A DNA stretch of 58,677 nucleotides, the filler included, from Basidiobolus ranarum (taxonomy: Eukaryota): the NCBI GenBank assembly GCA_040143965.1. It is 2 parts of 2 records of this genome, joined end to end, with 100 filler letters (N's around TTAATTAATTAA, not from the genome) between each part and the next. Parts side by side here need not be neighbours in the genome. Positions count along the whole stretch, not along the records: positions 29,512 to 58,677 come from JASJQH010006982.1; 1 more part is not named here. One strand, given 5' to 3'. Of this stretch, positions 31,217 to 44,288 are shown one piece after another. Position numbers and translations under genes: made by a program. Below the pieces are notes generated by a model. The model saw only the letters and a program-made list of their open reading frames with translations, searched no databases and was not told the DNA's origin. The first letter of the stretch is position 1, and the number at the start of each line of letters is the position of its first letter.

Positions 31217-31880
31217 ATGCCAAAAGTTCTGAGCAATCGTCGCTGTTGTGGCTGTGTAAATCTTCGCACCGGCTGTCTTATCGTGACCTCATTCCAAATG
31301 GTAATGGAGATATACATACATTTGGCTGGGCTCTTGTTCTAATATTTCCCTTAGATTATTGGTCTATTAACAGGTTTACTGACCATTGTTCTTTTGGCAC
31401 TGCTTCGGTCCACTAATTCAACATCGTATGAGGGCCACACCATACAAAGTATACGAATTGCTTCATACGTGTTACTCGGAATAGAGATAGTTTGTGCGAC
31501 AATTGGTTTCCTAGGTCTTTGGGGTACATACAAGGTATGGAAGGAATATTTTCAATAATAGGATGAATCGACCTAACCAAGTGTTTTTATAGAGTAAGAC
31601 AAAGCTACTACTTGTGTATCTTATCGTTGATGCCCTATGTATTATCCTTTGGTTTGCCGGAGTTGTAGTCACCATGAAAGACCGTAACGCTCTGTGGGGA
31701 ATCCAATTCAGTGTAATGGTAAGTCATGAAGAATCCCAATGGTTCATCGATTGTATCATGTGATTAACCAATTATTAACAGATGCTACTTCAAATCTACT
31801 TTTACTTCCCTGTCCACTCGTATCGTCAAGAGATATTGCAAAAGTCCAAATACGTATGTGAAGTGGTCGTCAAATGCTAG
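31217..31880 (+). CDS. Small 4-TM membrane protein with N-terminal CCGC motif (LAPTM/tetraspanner-like), 4 exons
   Basis: MPKVLSNRRCCGCVNLRTGCLIVTSFQM... four hydrophobic segments ...LQIYFYFPVHSYRQEI. Canonical splice sites; paralog at 41828. Confidence 0.75.
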
Positions 31881-32988
31881 CAGTTCTCATCGCTGAGTAC
31901 CCAATACTCATCACTCATCGCACATCCTACATTTTCCTTTCATTTCTTTCATGTATTATATCTTTCAATATTACTAAAATAATTCTGGTATGGATCGGGT
32001 TATTGATTGTACAGGTGATGATCGAACTAAATAACTATTTTTAGAAATATTAATAAATCCTCATTCCAGAAATCAATCTGGATCATGTATTCCGGTATGT
32101 AGTATCATAATTTTTGGCTATATTGCAAAACTTCTGTCTCCGCCCTTGAACTGAAGGGGTATGCTTGAGAATGCAATCTGGAGCCACGGAAAGCAACCCA
32201 ATGCTACAGTGCTTGATTATTTGGATATTTTTGTTAGTCAAGTACTTGATATATGGGTAAGATACCTAGAACTGCATACCTCTGTACTCCTCTATGCTAA
32301 TCTATGGTAAAAAGCATATTAAATCGATACGGATTCTAGATGTTGTGCAGATGAGGGTTGGTCAGCCGAAAATATAGTCTGGTCCAGCTGTGTGATGCCT
32401 ACCCCATTATGTGAGAAGATATAGGGTTAATAATGCTCGCCATAGAAGGGGCTAGGTATGTACGCTCGTGTACTAAGATTATTCTGAACATGAATTGTAG
32501 AGATACGTTATACAACGAAATATTTCTGATTACCAACATTAGAAGAACTCATTCATTGGCTTACTTTGGATGATTAGTGAAAATAGCTATGAATTGTTAT
32601 TACTGATTAATTTCTTAACAGTCATGAACTATGTAGATTCAAGAAGTTCTGTACTCTAGAATTCCACTCAAGTAGGATACTTGATTGTACTCTACAGAAC
32701 TAAGAATTGAGGAGACTTCTGAATATACTGTCTATCTGAGTAGTAGAGTTAAAAAAGAATCAACCGTTGATATTCTTGTTGTACCTTTTATCTATCCTTA
32801 TATTGACCTTCAGCAATATTCAACATACCAGCAACCAGAAAATATTGAACAGTAAAAATAAGTCAAGTTTAATATTATTGAGAGGATGTTATTTACAATA
32901 TGCTCCAATGAAACGTTAAGTGGGTATAATATGCGAATGGAATACAATGTTTAGGTAAGTGCAAGCAGTGGATTTTGTTATTTGAATA

Positions 32989-34059
32989 TTAACCAGAAGC
33001 AGTTAATTTGCTTTCTAAATTGGCATCCTTTTCCACTGAATCCAATACATGTCGCATAGCCTTCGCCGTTTGAACCATACTTGATTGCTCTTCTTCATTA
33101 AGCGGTATATCAGCTATCCATTCTACTCCATTTCTCCCAATCGCCGCTGGTAAACTGAGATATAGACCATGTCGTACACTCCAACAACTAACAGGCTGAA
33201 TACGTCCAGAGTCATTTACTATGGATTCACATAATGAACTGACACATGCACCAATACCATAGTAGGTAGACCCCTTAAGATTGATAATATCATAGGCCTT
33301 CCTGGCTGCTTGACGTTCGATCTTCTTCAAATCCAATCGACGAACCTCCGGAAAGGATAACAAAGGTATATTGCCAACATTAGCACAAGACCAAGCTACG
33401 AATTGAGAATCCCCATGTTCACCTAATACATAACTATGTATAGCAGTAGGATTAAAACCAAGATGACTGGCCAAAATATTTCGAAGTCTAAGTGAATCTA
33501 AGAAAGTACCACTACCAAATACTTGATTATGTGGTAAATTGGAGAATTTTTGAGCGAAATAAGTTAAAATATCCACTGGATTTGCAACGACCAAAATTTT
33601 CGCATCTGGTCGAATGGGTGACATCGCTTCAATCACTTCCTTCATAATTTGATAATTTTGTTGGATTAATTGAAGTCTGGTTTCACCTGGTTTTTGGTTA
33701 ACTCCCGCTGTGATCACTATCACATCCGCTTGTCCACATTCTTTATGGGTCGCGGTTCTTACCTTGGTAGAAGTAAGAAACTGACCATCGATCATATCCA
33801 TCACTTGACCATGAGCATAGCCAGGGTCAGCATCACATAGCATCACCATAGGTGCAACATGGCGTAACATTAGAGCGTAGGCTGAAGAAGCACCGACTAC
33901 TCCGGTCCCTATTATGGAGATCTTCTTGGTAGTGCCTTGGTGGGAATTCTCAATGATACGATTACTTCTAAGGATAGTAGAAGAGGTAAACCATCTCCAA
34001 CCATGTATATAAGTGCCTCGAGAAATCTTGGAAGATACACGAGGAAGTAGATTTTGCAT
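32989..34059 (-). CDS. ldh: NAD-dependent L-lactate dehydrogenase with N-terminal extension
   Basis: Intronless. GTGVVG Rossmann motif, AGVNQKPGETRLQL substrate loop (Gln, LDH-type), NPVD, GTFLDSLR and GEHGD. Confidence 0.93.
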   Translation of the reverse strand: MQNLLPRVSSKISRGTYIHGWRWFTSSTILRSNRIIENSHQGTTKKISIIGTGVVGASSAYALMLRHVAPMVMLCDADPGYAHGQVMDMIDGQFLTSTKVRTATHKECGQADVIVITAGVNQKPGETRLQLIQQNYQIMKEVIEAMSPIRPDAKILVVANPVDILTYFAQKFSNLPHNQVFGSGTFLDSLRLRNILASHLGFNPTAIHSYVLGEHGDSQFVAWSCANVGNIPLLSFPEVRRLDLKKIERQAARKAYDIINLKGSTYYGIGACVSSLCESIVNDSGRIQPVSCWSVRHGLYLSLPAAIGRNGVEWIADIPLNEEEQSSMVQTAKAMRHVLDSVEKDANLESKLTASG

Positions 34060-34925
34060 AGAAGAAACTTTAATTTAAGGATAGTGGTTGAATAATTAGG
34101 GAAAATAAATGATTGAAGTGGGATTCTTCTAACCATTGATTATTTATAATTAATGGAACCGTGGTGCTTATTGTGTGTATTGTGCGCGTATTTAGTAGTG
34201 TTGGGGATATAGTGGCTACCACTACTTATGAACTCGTGATTCTCTAGGCGTGTTTACAAACATAGGCTAGAAAGTCCAAGCTATCTAATCGCACTTTCCT
34301 TGACATGGCTTAATATGGAACTATAGGTTGCCTCCAATTACACCACTAAACCAATGGTCCCATTCTACGACTTGTTAAGAGCTTGATACTTAAGTAAGCC
34401 ATAGAATATACTTGGCCATAAACTTGTTAGATTCATTGGCTAGAATTAACCAAGTGAAACCAATCTAGACTGTTCACATACTTTGAATAAATGAACCAAT
34501 CAAACTCGTGAAATCATTATGGATTTCTTTAAGCTGGGTTGAAAATTGGATAATATGAACCATTCAACGAATTTTTACAAGGCTTAGGCACATCTTGAAC
34601 GGATACGGGTACGAATACTTGATATCTCTAAGCCTCTACTTTAATCTTCATCTTCTATCATTACTATACCCATAAACAACACTCATTTCCCACGACTACT
34701 TTCTAGATTCATTGTTTAGACTGAGTGGGGTAGTCATATATTCATTCCTTGCCATATACATCTAAAGTAAGTCACGATAGAATCATTGGTAGATTCTAAG
34801 CACCTGCATTAAACCACTAATGATCGATCTTAAAACCAGATGAATACCAAGCACTCCATGTATTTAAAGAATCATTTATTATTCAGAAATAACCACTCCG
34901 AAGCTATACCGATTATAACTCATTC

Positions 34926-37115
34926 TTAATTCTCATTTGATTTAAGTTTTAAAGAGAGATAGCCAGCGATAAATGCCGAAATTCCACCGATTCTCAATAC
35001 CCATCCAACTGAATCTCGAGCAGATTCACCCAATAATGTGAAAATTATGGTACTGATTAGGGTGATTGCGAACTGTGGAAATACCACATACATATTATGA
35101 ATTCCCAATACTATACCCGCATCTAATATAGTTTCTTCCGAATCGATCCCAATGGAATTATGGTTGGTCATGGTGATGACAGAAGTGTTATTTTCACTCG
35201 AGTACATGGTTGAGGTTGAGGTTGAGCTCTCCGGTAATATGCTCTGAGAATTCCCACTTTCCCCTCGATCTGGAGTTTTATGTGTATAGGAAGAAACAAA
35301 CTCGCCTACGAGTGCAAATGGAACCCATAGGGCAATACTCCATGAAATCCCGCAAAGTATTACTATTAAGGATGCTTCTACCTCGGAGTCAGTCCAATAA
35401 GTTAACACCATGACTACTCCAAAAAATACCAAAGAGAATGTGTAAATATTATGGATGTCAAATAGGTAGATACATGCGTTGCATATTCTTTTCTTAGTTT
35501 TAACATAAAACGTGTCTTCTTCTACACTTGGTTCCAATTCTTTCCCTTCTGAAAATGTCTCAGTGAGAGCTGGAAGGATCAAGGAGGTAGCTAGCGAGAC
35601 AAGAGATTGTACAAACAATGCAAAAGACCCTACACGTATAGCGTCTTCAATTTCATCTGGAGTCGTCAAGGGGTTTTTTCGACCATATACCTCAGTAATC
35701 CAGGTTGTACTACGAAAACAAGGCACTTGAGTATATATTACTACCAAAGATTTCAATGATTAAGAGTTTACCTGTAAAACAGAAAAGGAAACCATCCCAT
35801 CCAAGCAAAGAATTGAACATTGCAAATCTTCTGTACGGGAGAAGGGAGGTGACAGAATCCATGCCATATATCCTTCAATGTAGTGATTATCGAGATTTCA
35901 CTTGATATTGAGAATTGCGATCAGACAAAGGTAAGCACGCATGGAACACTAAGGTATGTCTTACCGTGAAGGAGTCAGTCCATTCCCTTCGGGATGTATT
36001 TCTTCTGAGACTGACAAGCATGTTACACTTAAAGTGAATACGAAGAATAAGCAAGCAAGAGCGCATAAGATTTGCATCTGGGTTCTGCCTAGCATAGGAA
36101 ATACTTCGATCAAGTCGATGAATCCCATAAAGTAACCAAGAACGCTACCAATATTTAACATTCTTCCAGCATATGCATTGGCTATCTCTTGTTGAGCATA
36201 TGGTGATACGTCCAGAATCAATGCTCGACAACATGCTTGGACAGCATTGATAGAAAAATCCAGTATATAGAAAGCTACCACTGCAATGATTATGGTGGCA
36301 TTGCTCTAAAAGGAAAGATCGTTTCAGTCCGTCATTTCTTCTGTAGATCAAAGAATCGAGTAATGATTGATTTAAGGAATTCGTAATTGACGTAAACAAT
36401 ATGTGTTCATATTGATAGTACACACCTGTATTAAGATACGATCATCACCAGAATCCATCATAAAAAAGCGAGAGATTTCCCTAGCATAAGCAATTGCTGC
36501 CACCGACAACAATACTAAGAAACCACCGACAACTATATATGGCCTTCTTCGACCGAATCGACTTTGCGTGTTATCACTAATGGTGCCGACCAGTGGCTGG
36601 ATTAACAAACCTAATGATAGTCATTGAGAGATAAGCATATTTAAAACTTTGATAATCTAAATATACCTGATAAAGGACCGGCAAGCCAAACGAGGGACAT
36701 CAACGGCTTCGACATTCCTAGTGAGAGAAGATATGGCGTACCGTAACTAGATTCAAATAAATATTTAAAAAAAGAAAATATTAGCAAGTAGAATGATAAC
36801 TTGAAGTAGGAGATACCCCCATGAATCTTTTACGTACGCTAATTCCACAGTCCCTAAAACCATGAATTTAAAACAATTCATTTAGAGTGAATGAAGAAAA
36901 GGAAAGACAGATTTCTATGTAATAAAAATTATTAACTAACAAGTGAATTGAACGCCAGCCAAACATATCGACAACTTGATAAGGTCCAATATACTCAAGG
37001 AATGGTTGGGTGGTTGATTTGGAGACGTATTGACTCGAGGGAAACTCTTATAATTTGGACCTGTCAAAGACCTGGAAATCAGAGGTGCTTGACTATACTC
37101 TTCAGCACCAGACAT
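34926..37115 (-). CDS. GPH-family sugar/H+ symporter (SUT1/SLC45-like), multi-exon
   Basis: WTVELAYGTPYLLSLG, WLAGPLSGLLIQPLVG, SRFGRRRPY, WMGWFPFLFYSTTW and GIHNMYVVFPQ. Includes a 16-nt micro-exon near 36837-36852. Confidence 0.9.
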
Positions 37116-37622
37116 ATTTAAAACTACTTGAGCAACTTCACGATATTCTGTTAACTTCAAACACTCTCAGTTACGTAAATATGCTATAATTTCTGTTTAT
37201 TACGACACCTACCTAGTTGAACTTTGGCGTATTGAAACCCAAGGCAGGTATAATGAGAGGGTTAACGTCAATGGTTGTGGAGAAGGAGTTAGTTTGTAGA
37301 TCATAGAATCGATGATCCTCCTAATAATAAATTAAAATCGAGATTCAACAAGGTACATCCATTTCAAGATAGCAGTCATCCGCATATCACGTGCGTGATT
37401 GACGCAATCTTGCATAAAAGGGATTTCCAACAGCAACGTTGGATGCACCCAATCTCGAATTAACTTAAACACCTAAGTTAATCAACAAGTCATAAAGTTT
37501 TTTTTTTGATCGACAATCCAAGTCCAATCATGTTCACGGAAAAATTTCCAATTCATAAAATGTTTAGTGGTTTCTGAAGGGAATAGTTCTTCCTTTCATA
37601 TCCTTCACGATATCCATCCAAA

Positions 37623-38028
37623 ATGGTACGTTTTCATACATCCATCCTATGTTTCAACCACAACACCAAGTGGACGATATTGCTCTAAAGAATAGCCTAG
37701 ACATGCACTGTTAATGTTCATTCAACTGATAGATTTAAATTTGTAGACCAAGGGTACTCAAAGTTTTGGTAAGCGTCATACCAAGTCACACACCTTATGC
37801 CGTCGTTGTGGCAGCCGTTCTTTCCATAACCAAAAGAAGACTTGTGCTTCTTGTGGTTACCCATCTGCCAAGATTCGTTCCTTCAACTGGGGCGAGAAGG
37901 CTAAGCGTAGAAAGACTACCGGTACTGGTCGTATGAGACACTTGAGAGATGTTGCCCGTCGTTTCAAGAATGGTTTCCGCGAAGGTACCATGGCTCAAAA
38001 GCAAAATGCTGTTGCCGCCTCCGCCTAA
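37623..38028 (+). CDS. RPL37: 60S ribosomal protein L37 (eL37)
   Basis: ATG-only exon, intron 37626-37746, then [22 protein letters not shown]...CASCGYP...[16 protein letters not shown]. Confidence 0.97.
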
Positions 38029-38320
38029 TCAATGATTTCTGCAAACCCTTTAGCTAGGCTTCCAAGTAGTTAATGATTAAAAATAAACCTGGTCGTAATC
38101 CTTCATATCGTCCATCCATTGTATATCTCAAGTATTTCCCACTCCACTCCACCTAAATGAAATCGCTAGAATAGAATGCAGATTCACACATAGTCGATGG
38201 GAAGCTAGAAGAAATGAGCAGCAATACTGTTTATGTCATTCAATAGATAGATGTTCTATAGATACGATATGATGTGGTGTTTTATTTAACATTTGTTAAG
38301 GGTTAGGGTTAGGGTTGGTG

Positions 38321-39421
38321 TTAGTAATATCTACAACGAGTCTTGGTCAATTCATTCTGAATCTGAACAATTCTTAATTCCACTAGACTCAATTTGAATC
38401 TCCACTTTTCCATCACTTCCTTATCCAATAAGGTTATATCTGAATTTGAAGATGCATTTTCAAAATTACTATAATCTGTAATTAACGAGCAATCAAGTCC
38501 ATTGCTATGGTTTGTTGGATGGTGTGAGTGATCATCATGGTGGAACAATTGATTATCCGACCAGAGATTGCTCTCTATATCATCTATCACCTCAGTTTTA
38601 AGACCTATTTCATACTTATCCAACTCTGACTGCTCTTGGCTCTCTGATTCACTTACTTCAACCACCTTTTCACTGAACCAATATACTGGGTATCTTCGTC
38701 CGATATTGTTGACAATTAACGCGATGATAAACATAACCGTCATTCCAAATAAGATGGGGGTTACCAGAAATAGATAACCCAGTTTGTATACCTCTGGTCC
38801 ACCTGAAAGTATGATTAACGCTGAAGCAGCGGCTGGTGGATGTGTGGTATTAGTGATCTCCATGAATAACATGGAAAAACTTAAACCAATGGCGATTTGA
38901 AACCAAATTAGATGGTCTTCGGTAGGTAGAACCCATACGAAGAACTTTTTCAAACTAATGCAGAAGAAATCCACTAGGAAATATCCAAATACTAAAGAAG
39001 TCAAAGATACAATTGATTAGTGGAAAGTAGATTCATACTTCAGTGAAGGTCTCTATTTGTACCGAAATTACGTGGCATGGAGGCTGACAGATCTGCTGCG
39101 CCATACAGTAGAACGGCAGAGGAAGCCTAGACTAGGGGAAATAATTTTGAGTAATGGTTATCAGAATGATTCATTTTTACCTAGAAATTTGCTTACAAAA
39201 GAAGGAATTAGAGTAGGCAGTCGATTCGACACGAAAAATTTGGTATGATTTGACAGGTAGGTTAATAATCCTATGGAGAGAGATGTTGCCAAAAATCCAC
39301 GTAAAAATCCCCATCGATCAGGTATCAGTAATAATTCACCTCCTTCCGAGCCTCTCCACTTGGTGAAATAGTTATAAACGATTCTTGTTATGTGGAGCGA
39401 GTTCAAGGTACTTCGATACAT
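38321..39421 (-). CDS. HPP-family integral membrane protein (3 exons)
   Basis: PSFASSAVLLYGA...PRNFVFG, THPPAAASAL and NNIGRRYPVYW motifs. Confidence 0.88.
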
Positions 39422-40519
39422 AGTAAGCAATAGGAAGCCACAACTCAATAGGAAGCCACAACTCCACTTTCCACCTGATACTTTAATGAGGAGTCACTTG
39501 AGCTGGTATATATAGCATTCAAAATTGATTGAAACATCAGTCACATCTATATTAAATCAGTTAAAAGGGGCAGGTTTATTGCTCAAACTCGGGCTCTAGT
39601 AGATCTGATTGATCAAGGTACGGAATCAATGAGATGGATATGAGTGTTTCAATTATCTAGCCAAGTTGCGGGTAAAAGATTATGAGGGATAATAATTATT
39701 TCCCATTAAATAATCCAGTAGAAACAATTGTTTTGCGCAGAATGTTAGCCCTTAGGCCCTAACCCTATCCTCACCCTCACCCTCACTCTGACTCTCACCC
39801 TCGCCATAAAGCCTAACCCTAACCCATGTGACGCTATCATCGAGTCCTCTGTGAATCATCATGACCTTTATATTTGGCTGAAACGTTTTTTATTATCAAT
39901 CACCTCAATCACCTGCCGGCTGAGAGCTTTGTGAATTCCCTGTGTCGTTCATCGACCTATGAAATAAAGGACTGGTCATGAAACAGTATGGTAGATTGAT
40001 TGACTAGCGATAGTTGCTTTGTGTCGTTGATTTGTTGAGAAATCAGATATAGGGTGGGGATGTAAGGTGGCGAAAAAGAAAATAGAACTGATGGTAGCGA
40101 ATGGTAGCAGATGATGACAATTGGTAGCGAATATTATAACGGTATTTTTATATCGTAGGTCTAGACTGCATCTAATCTGAATCTAGCCAAATTGGTTAGG
40201 CAAACCTTAAAGATTGTCGACCTAAATATGGTGAATGAGTTTGATGTTGAAACCTTTCTAAATCTACACCATTGACGGCGAGTTTTTTTGTAGAACAGAC
40301 GAAGATTACTTTTTGTAGTAATTTCTGACCCTTTCTGAAATAGAGTGTGTACGTGTGCTTGCATCGAAGAACTTTTTTTCTACCGATGATTACTAATTTA
40401 GGCATATGATGGGAATAACCAGCGATATATAGGACTTACTGGTAAGTAATTTCGCTTATTAAAGCCTTGGCCTCAGATAACCTAACCTGAACTTACCTTG
40501 ATGATTCCTCTCCGTTCCT

Positions 40520-41487
40520 ATGCTTAGTGATACCTTAGACTCTTCAGAGTTCTCGCAGATGAATGATCTCTCCAGTGCAGCTAGAGATCAAATGAATTAC
40601 TCCAACGGAACTCTGATCGTATATTGTGTAGTTTTTTGCCTCTATAGCTGTACATGCTTTCGCCTGGTCCGAAAGGTAGTTCGTTCAACCAGAAAGTATG
40701 AACTGTACTTTTGCGTATTGGCAAGTTTTATAGGAGCAGCGATTAATGTTTACGTCTTGGCTTTCTACTTTGTTTTCAATACCTCCTGTACTTTCAGAAC
40801 CATACTGGTTATTGTCACTAATGGGCTGATAAGCAATCTAGTACAGGTAGCTATTTATACTTGGATATATAGAGTTCTCAAATACAAAGCTATCTTAGTC
40901 TTGGGTACTTTTATATCTGTCATGAAGTTCATACCTCTGGTGTATAGTCTTCTGAATGTTTCTTATTACACTCGCGTTGTTGGTTTATGTACTTTTCGAA
41001 ATGGCCCCAGATTGCTCTACTATTCAGTGGTTTTTGATATGGCCATCACTATATTTTTCATTCTGTGCTTTCTCTTTGCACTATTCTACCACCGTACACT
41101 CTTGAAACAGAAGGAACCGGAATTTTCTACCATACCAGCCAACGTTACCTTCAAAATGCAAAATCTCTGCGCTGGAATCAAACGGGTACTATTAGCACTT
41201 TTCATTAATTGTATCTTAATGATATTCATCATTATCATGATTGCTCTCTATCCGGGAGGGAGACTGGCCATTGTCATCTTCCATTTTAGTCGTAAGTATT
41301 GGTCACTATATCCAAAGTGTTTATGGTTAAATTTCTAACCTTTATCAACTTCTCTTTAGTGGGGATTACTTGTAAACTTATAGCAGATGCGCTATTTCTG
41401 ATACTTCGTCCATTCGACATCCCAGTTGTGGATTCATTAGATCATGTTCCATGCTTCGATATGGCTGAAGAATATATCTCCAAATAA
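40520..41487 (+). CDS. Orphan 7-TM (GPCR-like) membrane protein, 2 exons
   Basis: About seven hydrophobic helices; Cys before TM3 (NTSCTF) and in the loop before TM5 (GLCTF). Intron ~41292-41359. Confidence 0.65.
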
Positions 41488-41583
41488 TTCTATCACCCAC
41501 TTATTATATGTGTATTTTATTCATTTCACCATCATTATACAACTACATCACTATACTTGATTCCGATTTGTACATTTTCTCCT

Positions 41584-41690
41584 TTAATAGAATCATCCTA
41601 CAATCGCATATTTTAAGCGTCTCTTAATAGAATCATCCTACAATCGCATATTTTAAGCGTCTCTTAATAGAATCATTAAACAATCGCATA
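41584..41690. repeat. 40-bp tandem repeat, ~2.7 copies
   Basis: Unit TTAATAGAATCATCCTACAATCGCATATTTTAAGCGTCTC starting at 41584, 41624 and 41664 (third copy diverged and partial). Confidence 0.9.
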
Positions 41691-41827
41691 TAGCGTAATT
41701 CACTATCCTTAACTCACACTCAGCCTGGAGTGAACCAAATTGGGTTCGCTTCAGCCTAATGCGTCCAATATAAACGAGGATAATTGATAGAGTTTGGAAG
41801 AAAATCCACCCCACCTCCAATCCTCTT

Positions 41828-42520
41828 ATGGCCCAAATCCAAACTCAACAGACCTGTTGTGGCTGTATAAACCTTCGAGTGGGTTGCTTGCTTTTAACCA
41901 TCTTGCAAATGGTAAGTTCATTCTCCTTCAAACACTTTTTTTATGCATTTATGTCGAGCTGATATGATGTTCAAGTTACTGGGGATTGTTGGATGTGTAC
42001 TCTCGGTATTGATAATAATAGGTATCTCTAATGGTACGGTGACTGCCAGTCAAGATTATCCGAAAGATTTGTTATGGGCAGGTTCTTTTGTACTATTGAT
42101 TGCTTCGGTGTTGGTGTTTTCGGTTGGACTGATCGGAGTGATCGGAGTAGCTAAGGTACATGAGTGATGGTATAACATGGTTGAATTCCGACTAACATCT
42201 TCGGAGAAATCTAGAGTAAAAGTACAGTCTTGTCAGTTTATTTATTCTTGGATACACTTTCTATAATTTGCTCTATTGGTGGAATCATCTTGGCATTTAA
42301 AAATCGGGATCTTGGTGGTGGTATTCAATCGATAGTTTTGGTAATAAGGCAGGATTTTTATGCTTGTATCGGATGGTTCCATTAATCATATCTTCTTGTT
42401 TAGATCCTATTTCAGGTTTACTTTTTCTCGGTAATATTCCGTTATCGTAGAGAAGTGAAAGCAATCAAAAGAGACCTTAGTATAGTTCAATTCCGCAGGA
42501 TAGAGAGTCCTGTAGTTTAA
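41828..42520 (+). CDS. Small 4-TM CCGC-motif protein, paralog of 31217..31880
   Basis: MAQIQTQQTCCGCINLRVGCLLLTILQM with the same four-exon layout; ends LFQVYFFSVIFRYRREV... Confidence 0.75.
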
Positions 42521-42750
42521 GTGCATTACAATGTAAATTATTCTTTTCATCATTAATATTATATCAACTCAAATATCTGGTTAAAAATAAGGTTTTAGTT
42601 AAGACATAAATTATGGAATTCCATCCGAAATTCGAGCAATATTGAGGGTAGATTAGGTTAAATTAAATGTACATCGGGGTTTTACAAAAATTCATAATAT
42701 ACACTAAAGAGTACGTCCAGCGTAGTGATTCAAATTAAGTGAGTATTTTG

Positions 42751-43692
42751 TTAACAGTATGCGGGCGGTGAATCCAAAGTGATTGAGGTGTAGAGTGGAA
42801 GTGTGTCCACCTCTTTGTTACTTAAATGAATTGGGGTTCTCACGAGGATATATTTCTTGGCACCAAGAGAGCTGAGCAAGCATATTTGTACCTCAATCGA
42901 GTGAGAAATACTTAGAAAAGCATTCTTACAGTCTGGCTGAATATCCAAGTTCACTGGGATTTGTAATAAATTGAGATCAATGGCAGGTTGACGTTTTCTT
43001 AAATCTTCATATTTGATGGTTTCAGCTAGTGGTCGTTTAGTGGATTTAATATTCCCATTTTTAGTGTGGTACTTCACCACCTCAATGATACATGCTTGGA
43101 TGGATTCTATCCTGGATCTGGGGTTGAATAACTTGGTTCCAACCTTGAGTCCGATGTCTTGCCCAGGTTGATAGGAATTGGAGTTGGAATAAATAGTGAA
43201 TCCTAATTCCCCTTGAATTTCTCCAAATTTCAATAATTCCTGAGGATCCATCTCGTTCTGATCCATGGAATGAATACGTTGTACTTTTATCGGTCGCTCA
43301 CACTTTAAATCCGATTGAAACGGAAACCCTTCTCTCTTGGCTACAGCTTTAAGCATGTATTTGATGGATCCGTTACGTGAGTTAACTGTCTCTGGCTGGT
43401 CACCGGTAAATGGCAACTCAAATTGGTACATGTAAGTACCGCTCTCGAAAGATTTGGTTACATCGGTTTCCTCCAAAAATTCGATTTTATGTTGAACAAA
43501 TATTTCGGAACTTTCTGAGGGAATACAGGCGATACCCTGCAAAGTTAATTGTAGGGATGTGATTTTGCTGGAATTACGTAGATTCAATAGTACATAGCCG
43601 CGTAAGGTATGTCCAGAGGCGGTGTCTCTTTCACCACGAAGTACGATCTCTTCGTTGTATAAATGAATATCAAGATTGTTGAGGAACCACAT
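42751..43692 (-). CDS. Alpha-arrestin (ART/Rsp5 adaptor-like) protein
   Basis: LRGYVLLNL, GTYMYQFELPF, GSIKYMLKAVA arrestin-N motifs; C-terminal LPLY and PPAY PY motifs; intronless. Confidence 0.88.
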   Translation of the reverse strand: MWFLNNLDIHLYNEEIVLRGERDTASGHTLRGYVLLNLRNSSKITSLQLTLQGIACIPSESSEIFVQHKIEFLEETDVTKSFESGTYMYQFELPFTGDQPETVNSRNGSIKYMLKAVAKREGFPFQSDLKCERPIKVQRIHSMDQNEMDPQELLKFGEIQGELGFTIYSNSNSYQPGQDIGLKVGTKLFNPRSRIESIQACIIEVVKYHTKNGNIKSTKRPLAETIKYEDLRKRQPAIDLNLLQIPVNLDIQPDCKNAFLSISHSIEVQICLLSSLGAKKYILVRTPIHLSNKEVDTLPLYTSITLDSPPAYC

Positions 43693-44288
43693 TGTGTTGG
43701 AGGATTGTGAGGACTTGAAGCTAGGATAGACCTACATTTATATAAATCAATGGATTCAATAGTCATTGGTCGTTGAGGATGGATGATTCTGCATATACAC
43801 TTGGCACAATAGTTTGCTTATATCTCGAATGTAGATGAAACTGAGACTTGGATCAAACATATTGAATCCTATCCAATAGCTTCCGAATTTAACCTTTGAA
43901 CTTAGCCTTGAATTCACATAGTAATTGGAACCTCCTCGAATTGCCCATTGTTCATACCCAATTTACTCATCCGCTTAAACCTTACCTGTAATGGATCTCT
44001 ACCGAATGTTTATGCAACGCTTGTAATGGATCTCTGCTGTATGTTCATGCAATTATCTTCTCTTCATGTAATTCCCTTCTCTTAGAACATCCATGCAAAG
44101 AGAAACTGTTTATTAATCTCGAACTGAAGATATATGGTTGATTCTACTGGGAATGGTTGGAAGATGAAGTAATCATTATGTAAAGTAAAATCTTGAATTT
44201 TATTTGGTTGATGTGATTTTCATTTTGATTTGTACAGTAATTTATAGATGAATGCAGAGTGGTATATACACGCTTATTGAAGCGAAAC

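Noticed and set aside
37626-37746. Possible intronic snoRNA in RPL37
   Set aside because: A CTGA is present, but there is no convincing C box or terminal stem.
37795-38004. 69-aa minus-strand ORF
   Set aside because: It is the antisense shadow of RPL37 exon 2.
41584-41690. 40-bp repeat as a possible CRISPR array
   Set aside because: The units are head-to-tail with no unique spacers, there are no cas genes, and the context is eukaryotic; it is a minisatellite.
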